A stretch of DNA of 64,000 bases from assembly GCF_006345805.1 (NCBI RefSeq), contig NC_043020.1, positions 13,826,001 through 13,890,000 on the forward strand, written 5' to 3'. Source of the DNA: Octopus sinensis. Its lineage: Eukaryota. The stretch's first letter is position 1. The number at the start of each line of letters is the position of its first letter. Positions 55,570 to 64,000 of this stretch are shown piece by piece. A model generated the notes under the pieces. It searched no databases. It was given only the letters and a program-made list of their open reading frames with translations, and had not been told where the DNA came from. Position numbers and translations under genes: made by a program.

Positions 55570-56334
55570 TTAACCCTTTCGTTACTATATTTATTTTGAG
55601 ATGCTCTGTGTTTCTTTCAATAACTTTAAATATAACAAAGAATTTAGTAAAATAACATAGTTACCATTCAGCTAGTGTTAGGAATATAAATTGTGACTAA
55701 GGTTTGGTGGAAGATTTTAATTCAGAACTTTTGGAAACAAGACATTTGTACTACAGAGCCAGAGGTGGTTTCAGGTGGGTTGGTATCAAAATGGTTAAGA
55801 CAGGAAGAACTAGCAGTGGCCCAAGGTGTCTTGATACTTATGTATCATTCATTTTTACATCTGTTTTAACACTTTTGTTACCATGTTTCTGTTTAGAGAC
55901 TCTGTGTTTCTTTCAATTACATGAAATATAACAAAGAATTTAGTAAAATAACTTAGTTACCATTCAGCTAGTGTTAGGAATATAAATTGTAACTAAGGTT
56001 TGGTGGAAGATTTAAATTCAGAACTTATGAAAATAAGACATTTGTACTCAGAGCCAGAGCTGGTTTCAGCAGGGTTTTAACAAAAGGGTCAATTTAATCA
56101 CACTGCTTAACCCTTTCGTTACTGTATTTATTTTGCGATGCTCTGTGTTTCTTTCAATAACTTTAAATGTAACAAAGAATTTAGTAAAATAACATAGTTA
56201 CCATTCAGCTAGGGTTAGGAACATAAACTGTGACTAAGGTTTGGTGGAAGATTTTAATTCAAAACTTATGAAAACAAGACATTTGTACTCAGAGCCAGAG
56301 CTGGTTTCAGCCGGGTTGGTCACGAAAGGGTTAA
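55570..56334 (+). mobile_element. Three adjacent piggyBac-like MITE copies
   Basis: TTAACCCTTTCGTTAC...GAAAGGGTTAA, about 225-bp units, same family as 52425-53533. Confidence 0.8.
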
Positions 56335-56629
56335 TGTCTGTTTTCCATGCTGGCATGGGTTGGACAGCTTAACTGGAGCTGGCAAACTTGAGAGCTGCAC
56401 CAGCTTCCAGTCTGTTTTGGATTAGTTTCTACGGCTGGATGCCCTTCCTAGTGCCAACCACTTTACGGTATGCGCTAGGTGCTTTTAATGCGGCACTGCA
56501 CAAGTGTTAACACGTGGCACTGGCACAAGTGCTTTTTGTGTGACACTGGCCCAGGACTCTTCCAGGCCAATCAGCCTCACCAAGGAGAGCAACAATAACA
56601 CATCTACCGTCTAGAACAAGTCTTCTTGG

Positions 56630-57210
56630 GGCCATTCATCCTCATATGACAGCAGACTTCTTTTGGATTCCACCTGCCAAATCCACTTACAAGGCATTGG
56701 TTGGCCCAGAGTTATAGCAGAAGACACATGCCCAAAGTGCCATGCAGTGGGATTGAACCCAGAACCATGTGGTTTGTGTTCCAATCCTACAAAAACTTGC
56801 TTTCAAAATTTGTTTTGCATTGTATATATGTTGACCAATTACTTCCCCCGCCCATGCTATGACCACCGCCACTAAATATTGCCTATTTTGGCTAATTCTT
56901 TTTTTACTAGTCTCACTCTTGAGGCCAATCATCCTCATATGACAGCAGACTTCTTTTGGATTCCACCTGCCAAATTCCCTTACAAGGCATTGGTTGGTCG
57001 GTTGGCCCAGGGTTATAGTAGAAGACACTTGCCCAAGGTACCATGCAGTGGGATTGAGCCCAGAACCATGTGGTTTGTGTTTCAATCCTACAAAAACTTG
57101 CTTTCAAAATTTGTTTTGCATCGTAGATGTTGACCAATTATTCTAAACCCCCCCCCCCCATGCTATGACCACCACCACTAAATATTGCCTATTTTGGCCA
57201 ATTCTTTTTT
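56630..57210. repeat. Local tandem duplication of about 295 bp including a SINE B remnant
   Basis: CATCCTCATATGACAGCAGACTTC... occurs at about 56635 and 56930. Confidence 0.8.
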
Positions 57211-57336
57211 ACTAGTCTTGCTCTAAATTCTTCCTCTCTAGTCTTTCACCTGTTTGTTTCCTCATATTCAACACAGAATTATGTCTTTTTGGATGTCAAT
57301 GTGTTATATTTCCTTTTCTTCTCTCTCCCTCCTCAG

Positions 57337-57394
57337 ATCTCCAAGCAGTTAGTGGCCAGGTCTGTTGCTATAATTGCTACACACCCACTTCAAG
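57337..57394 (+). CDS. MTCH2: MTCH coding exon 5 (ISKQLVARSVAIIATHPLQ)
   Basis: Long pyrimidine tract CAG| and G|GTAAAC; 58 nt; matches TTREMIARSAATLITHPFH. Confidence 0.9.
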
Positions 57395-57896
57395 GTAAAC
57401 ATTCTCTTATTTTCATCACAAAACGTATTTGTCTGTGCAGATCTTCATTTCAAGAAACTCTGCAAAATTTGGAATCAAATATTGATTTCAACATCATCAT
57501 CATCACCATCATCACAACAACCACCACCATCATCACAACCACCACCACCATCATCACAACCACCACCATCATTACTACCACTGCCATCATCATTTAATGT
57601 CCATTTTTCCATTCTTGCATGGGTCAGATGGAATTCATTGTGGCGGATTTCTCTATGGCCAGATGCCCTTCCTGTTGCCAGTCACTAATATAATAATTAC
57701 TAAAAGTAACTTGTACTATTCCTTATTATCTAATATTTGTAAACTTCCAAGAATTGATCATTTGGTTCCATCCCCTTAAAAGCTTACATAGCACCCTCAT
57801 TGGAATATTGTCCACATATCTACAGTGGTTCTGTTGGTGGCATGTAAGAGGACCATCTGAACGTGGCCGTTGCCAGCGCCGCTCTGACTGGCCTCC

Positions 57897-60188
57897 GTGC
57901 CGGTGACACGTAAAAAGCACCATCCGATCGTGTCTGTTGCCAGCCTCATCTGGCACCTGTGCCGGTGGTACGTAAAAAGCACCATCCGATCGTGTCTGTT
58001 GCCAGCCTCATCTGGCACTTGTGCCGGTGGTACATAAAAAGCACCATCCGATCGTGTCTGTTGCCAGCCTCATCTGGCACCTGTGCCGGTGGTACATAAA
58101 AAGCGCCATCCGATCGTGTCTGTTGCCAGCCTCATCTGGCACCTGTGCCGGTGGTACATAAAAAGCACCATCCGATCGTGTCTGTTGCCAGCCTCATCTG
58201 GCACCTGTGCCGGTGGTACATAAAAAGCACCATCCGATCGTGTCTGTTGCCAGCCTCATCTGGCACCTGTGCCGGTGGTACATAAAAAGCACCATCCAAT
58301 CGTGTCTGTTGCCAGCCTCATCTGGCACCTGTGCCGGTGGTACATAAAAAGCGCCATCCGATCGTGTCTGTTGCCAGCCTCATCTGGCACCTGTGCCGGT
58401 AGTACATAAAAAGCACCATCCGATCGTGTCTGTTGCCAGCCTCATCTGGCACCTGTGCCGGTGGTACATAAAAAGCACCATCCGATCGTGTCTGTTGCCA
58501 GCCTCATCTGGCACTTGTGCCGGTGGTACATAAAAAGCACCATCCGATCGTGTCTGTTGCCAGCCTCATCTGGCACTTGTGCCGGTGGTACATAAAAAGC
58601 ACCATCCGATCGTGTCTGTTGCCAGCCTCATCTGGCACCTGTGCCGGTAGTACATAAAAAGCACCATCCGATCGTGTCTGTTGCCAGCCTCATCTGGCAC
58701 TTGTGCCGGTGGCACGTAAAAAGCACCATCCGATCGTGTCTGTTGCCAGCCTCATCTGGCACCTGTGCCGGTGGTACATAAAAAGCACCATCCGATCGTG
58801 TCTGTTGCCAGCCTCATCTGGCACTTGTGCCGGTGGTACATAAAAAGCACCATCCGATCGTGTCTGTTGCCAGCCTCATCTGGCACTTGTGCCGGTGGTA
58901 CATAAAAAGCACCATCCGATCGTGTCTGTTGCCAGCCTCATCTGGCACTTGTGCCGGTGGTACATAAAAAGCACCATCCGATCGTGTCTGTTGCCAGCCT
59001 CATCTGGCACCTGTGCCGGTGGTACATAAAAAGCACCATCCGATCGTGTCTGTTGCCAGCCTCATCTGGCACCTGTGCCGGTGGTACATAAAAAGCACCA
59101 TCCGATCGTGTCTGTTGCCAGCCTCATCTGGCACTTGTGCCGGTGGTACATAAAAAGCACCATCCGATCGTGTCTGTTGCCAGCCTCATCTGGCACTGTG
59201 CCGGTGGCACGTAAAAAGCACCATCCGATCGTGTCTGTTGCCAGCCTCATCTGGCACCTGTGCCGGTGGTACATAAAAAGCACCATCCGATCGTGTCTGT
59301 TGCCAGCCTCATCTGGCACTTGTGCCGGTGGTACATAAAAAGCACCATCCGATCGTGTCTGTTGCCAGCCTCATCTGGCACTTGTGCCGGTGGTACATAA
59401 AAAGCACCATCCGATCGTGTCTGTTGCCAGCCTCATCTGGCACCTGTGCCGGTGGTACATAAAAAGCACCATCCGATCGTGTCTGTTGCCAGCCTCATCT
59501 GGCACCTGTGCCGGTGGTACATAAAAAGCACCATCCGATCGTGTCTGTTGCCAGCCTCATCTGGCACTTGTGCCGGTGGTACATAAAAAGCACCATCCGA
59601 TCGTGTCTGTTGCCAGCCTCATCTGGCACTTGTGCCGGTGGTACATAAAAAGCACCATCCGATCGTGTCCGTTGCCAGCCTCATCTGGCACTTGTGCCGG
59701 TGGTACATAAAAAGCACCATCCGATCGTGTCTGTTGCCAGCCTCATCTGGCACTGTGCCGGTGGCACGTAAAAAGCACCATCCGATCGTGTCTGTTGCCA
59801 GCCTCATCTGGCACCTGTGCCGGTGGTACATAAAAAGCACCATCCGATCGTGTCTGTTGCCAGCCTCATCTGGCACTTGTGCCGGTGGCACGTAAAAAGC
59901 ACCATCCGATCGTGTCTGTTGCCAGCCTCATCTGGCACCTGTGCCGGTGGTACATAAAAAGCACCATCCGATCGTGTCTGTTGCCAGCCTCATCTGGCAC
60001 TTGTGCCGGTGGCACGTAAAAAGCACCATCCGATCGTGTCTGTTGCCAGCCTCATCTGGCACCTGTGCCGGTGGTACATAAAAAGCACCATCCGATCGTG
60101 TCTGTTGCCAGCCTCATCTGGCACTTGTGCCAGTGACACGTAAAAAGCACCATCCGATCGTGTCTGTTGCCAGCCTCATCTGGCACTT
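57897..60188 (+). repeat. Minisatellite of 37 x 62-bp units inside an RTE-tail composite element
   Basis: Unit GTGCCGGTGGTACATAAAAAGCACCATCCGATCGTGTCTGTTGCCAGCCTCATCTGGCAC(C/T)T; 2292 bp = 35x62 + 2x61. Confidence 0.95.
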
Positions 60189-61473
60189 GTGCCGGTGGCA
60201 CGTAAAAAGCACCCACTACACTCACGGAGTGGTTGGTGTTAGGAAGGGCATCCAGCTGTAGAAACACTGCCAGATCAGACTGGGCCTGGTGCAGCCTTCT
60301 GGCTTCCCAGACTCCAGTTGAACCGTCCAACCCATGCCAGCATGGAAAGCAGACGTTAAATGATGATGATATATACACAAACATCTGAAACCATAACCGA
60401 AAGAAGTTTATTCATTTTATTGGTAAATATTTAGTCACCAACACACACACTACAGCTTGTAACTTGCTCATGTTTGTTTTTGATTTTGTAAGCATGTTCA
60501 CAAGCGTTCAACATATGAAATTCAAAAAGGTGTCCAAGATTGTTTGTTGTAGTGTCAAGCAGTGATTTCATATGACAGTGTACCTTTACTTTCTCATGTG
60601 CTGTCCACATCCTAACCTCACTCCCAAGTGCCTTTATCAGTCTAATCCATGTTGATATCAGCTTCAACTTATGTGTAGGATTTGGATGTGACAAACCATA
60701 GAATGCATCGAAGATCACACGACAGTGTTTGTTATGTAGCTTAACCCTTTAGCATTTAAACTGACTATATCTGGCACAAATATTGTATTTGTTTTTTGTT
60801 CAAACTGGCAAGATTTGGCCTCTTACACCTACCCTACAATGTCATTCTAAAATTAAACAACCACATCTTCAAAATCTGAAAGCTATGATATAATGCAGGA
60901 TTAATTCGAAACTGTGAATAAATAAGCTTTAAATTTGACAGAACAATCTGAATGCTAAAGGGTTTATAATAATAATAATGAAATTATTGTATACAGTGCT
61001 CAGGTGCACCACAACTTGGCAAAAGTGCGTATAAAGTATATGCAGTAATGTACAAATGTCTGGAAAGTGAACAGTGTATGAGTCAGATACATGCTTGCAT
61101 GTGTATGGAAGAGAGAAAACCAGGTGTAGTGTTGGCAAATCTCAGGAAGCATGGAAGTTTTGAAGGATGCAGTGCTCCGACAACTAACAACTGATGCCGG
61201 CAGTTTGTTCCATGCTTCAGCAACTCTTAGCGTGAAAAAATGTTTCCTAAAGTCTTGGGAGCTGTGCTGTTTTAAAGAATATTCAGGACCCTTGAAGAAA
61301 TCACACTAAATGTAATCCTTTGATAGAAGGAACTGGCACCTGCTGCGATGACTAATCCAATAATACTCAAAGAACTTTGTCATTTTGGTGATTAATTCCC
61401 CTCCCAAAATCTTGTTTATTTTTACCAAAAACAACATGAAAATATTTTAACTCTTTTTCTTTTCCAATTCTAG

Positions 61474-61525
61474 TGATAATGGCTAGAAACATGGCTCAGT
61501 TTGTTGGCAGAGAAAAAGAATACAG
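61474..61525 (+). CDS. MTCH2: MTCH coding exon 6 (VIMARNMAQFVGREKEYS)
   Basis: TTCTAG| and CAG|GTAAGA; 52 nt, phase 1 to 2; matches VITLRSMVQFIGRESKY. Confidence 0.92.
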
Positions 61526-61629
61526 GTAAGAGATGTAAATGGTAAATGTTTGTTGTTGGTGGTTGTGGCAGTGTTACTGCTTCTGCATCTAGATCATTGC
61601 CTCTTTGTTCTGAGTTCAACTCTAGTTGT

Positions 61630-61825
61630 CGTCGTCGTCTTCTTCTTCTTCTTCTTCTTCTTTTCTTCTTCTTCTCCTTTCTTCTTCTTCTTCTCCTTCT
61701 CTCTTCTCCTCCTTTCTTCTTCTCCTCTATTCTTCTTCTTCTTTTTCTTCTTCTTTTTCTCCTTCTCCTCCTCTCTTCTTCTCCTTCTCCTTTCTTCTTC
61801 TCCTTCTCTATTCTTCTTCTTCTTC
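61630..61825. repeat. (CTT)n pyrimidine tract
   Basis: Direct reading; produces spurious poly-F/S/K ORFs. Confidence 0.95.
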
Positions 61826-62908
61826 CAATCAGGACTCACACCATCAGCCACAAAGAATAATCCCTAATTCGAGCCTACTCTAAGCTACTAAGAATGAATG
61901 CGGCAACTTGAAGATCCACCCACCACACGCGATAGACTGGTGGTTGCACGGGCGCGAAAGCTACATTGTTATCCTCATTCCGTAAATGGTGGCTTTTAAC
62001 GGGTGGAGAGCTGAACCATCCTGGGGTACAGAGGATTCGCAATCTAGACTAGGGTCTGAAAGTTTACCACACCATAGTGGGTTACACCATGGTTCCTCTG
62101 CTTTGTGAAAGAAGTAGGCAGAAAGAGTGAGAGAAAGTTGTGGTGAAAGAGTACAGCAGGGTTCACCACCCCTCCCTGCCAGAGTCTCATGGAACTTAGG
62201 TGTCTTTGCTCAATAAACACTCACAATGCCCAGTCTGGGAATTGAAACCACGTTCTTATGACCGCGAGTCCACTGCCCTAACCACTGGGCCATTGCGCCT
62301 CCACCCTAGTGGAAGCCATCTGCTCGCGATACTAGAGGGCACACACTCTCCTACCCTGATGTAATCTCCAGGGATACAGGCATCCAGCAACAGGACCTCC
62401 GTAATGCTATGATGGACCGTGAAGTCTAGCGTAACACAGTAAATTCCATTGCCTCGACCACGGTCGAACAATGATGACGACAAGTTGTTGTTGTCATCAT
62501 TATCATTCACCTTTACACACTCAATAAAATAAATACCATTAAAATACTGAATACTGAATACTCAATATTCAATATATGCAGGTCTGGCTGTGTGATAAAA
62601 AGCTTGCTTCCCAACCACATTTACATTCTGTCTTTACATTCTGAGTTCAAATTCCACCGAGGTTGACTTTGACTTTCATCCTTTCGGGATTGATAAATTA
62701 AGTATTAATGAAACACTGGGGTCGATGAAATCAACTAACCCTCTTCCCAAATTTCAGGCCTTGCGCCCTATAGTGGAAAGGATTATAATTATTAATTTCA
62801 CTGTTCTGTTTCGTAATTAATTGGCCTGTTCTTTTTTTTTTTAACAAATATTAATACTTGCTTTACCCCAATACCTATATCTAACCCTGTACCTGTTTGA
62901 TTTTTCAG

Positions 62909-62968
62909 TGGAATAATATCTGCAGCAATGGAGATCATAAAAGTTGACGGCCCTTCAGGTTTCTTTGG
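62909..62968 (+). CDS. MTCH2: MTCH coding exon 7 (GIISAAMEIIKVDGPSGFF); gene continues beyond the window
   Basis: TTTTTCAG| and GG|GTAAGT; 60 nt, phase 2 to 2; matches GLCDSIITIYREEGILGFF. Confidence 0.92.
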
Positions 62969-62979
62969 GTAAGTAATTG

Positions 62980-63827
62980 CCATAAATCCTCGAGTATAGT
63001 CCGCCCTTGAGTATAATACACAGGGGATTTTTAGGGGGCTGTTCCACTGAAAAACCTAAACCTTGTGTATAATAACGTCCTTTATTATTATTGTATACCT
63101 ATCTATATACCGTAAATCCTCGAGTATAGTCCGCCCTTGGGTATAATATGCAGGGGATTTTTAGGAGGCTGTTCAACTTCTCTAACTTGAGTCAAGGAGG
63201 TCTATATAACGTGCTTGGTTTGTAAAAATGTATGCAGTAACATCCTTTATTATTATTGTATACCTATCTATATACCGTAAATCCTCAAGTATAGTCCGCC
63301 CTTGGGTATAATACGCAGGGGATTTTTAGGGGGCTGTTCAACTTCTCTAACTTGAGTCAAGGAGGTCTATATAACGTGCTTGGTTTGTAAAAATGTATGC
63401 AGTAACGTCCTTTATTATTATTGTATACCTATCTATATACCGTAAATCCTCGAGTATAGTCCGCCCTTGGGTATAATATGCAGGGGATTTTTAGGGGGCT
63501 GTTCAACTGAAAAACCTAAACCTTGTGTATAATACGCACCCCTTCTCTAACTTGAGTCAAGGAGGTCTACATAACGTGCTTGGTTTGTAAAAATGTATGC
63601 AGTAACGTCCTTTATTATTATTGTATACCTATCTATATACCGTAAATCCTCGAGTATAGTCCGCCCTTGAGTATAATATGCAGGGGATTTTTAGGGGGCT
63701 GTTCCACTGAAAAACCTAAACCTTGTGTATAATACGCACCCCTTCTCTAACTTGAGTCAAGGAGATCTATATAACGTGCTTGGTTTGTAAAAATGTATAT
63801 GGTAACGTCCTTTATTATTATTGTATA
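62980..63827 (+). repeat. Five-unit tandem array (130, 165, 165, 200 and about 188 bp) resembling a pogo/Tc2-type transposon end
   Basis: Units start CC(G/A)TAAATCCTCGAGTATAGTCCGC at 62980, 63110, 63275, 63440 and 63640; the last four are preceded by TA. Confidence 0.85.
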
Positions 63828-64000
63828 TATAACATTATTGGCGTTAGGAAGGGCATCCAGCTGTAGAAACATTGCCAGATAAGACTGGAGCCTGGTGCAG
63901 CCTTCTGGCTTCCCAGATCCCCGGTCGAACCGTCCAACCCATGCTAGCATGGAGAACGGACGTTAAACGATGATGAGGATGATGAACATAATGCAAATGT

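Noticed and set aside
57897-60188. CRISPR-like regular array
   Set aside because: There are no unique spacers; the units are contiguous, derive from a LINE 3'UTR and lie in a eukaryotic intron.
61546-61883. Poly-Leu/Phe/Ser/Lys ORFs
   Set aside because: They are translations of the (CTT)n tract.

Overview
AT-rich, repeat-dense animal DNA, most likely an octopus/coleoid cephalopod (inferred from the SINE/LINE families and microsatellite load). Two plus-strand protein-coding genes are supported. The first is the last two coding exons (407-601, 5268-5535) of an unidentified gene with an acidic, S/T-P-rich C-terminus. The second is the first seven coding exons (33871-62968, continuing past the window) of a mitochondrial carrier homolog (MTCH/MTCH2), which splice in frame with canonical GT-AG sites. 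The rest is mobile DNA: a near-complete CR1-like LINE ORF2, decayed RTE and R4/HERO-type LINEs, at least three tRNA-headed SINE families, an RTE 3'-tail retroposon, Helitrons, mariner/Tc1, hAT, piggyBac-like and Merlin-like MITEs, and TE-derived satellites. The most notable observations are: a tRNA-headed Penelope-like fold-back element with a hammerhead ribozyme core; SINE multimers sharing one junction at three independent loci; a 37 x 62-bp minisatellite grown from a single unit whose unexpanded sister copy is also in the window; a 57-bp locally templated insertion; and an 86-nt near-perfect hairpin. Gene exon boundaries were counted exactly; many repeat boundaries are approximate.
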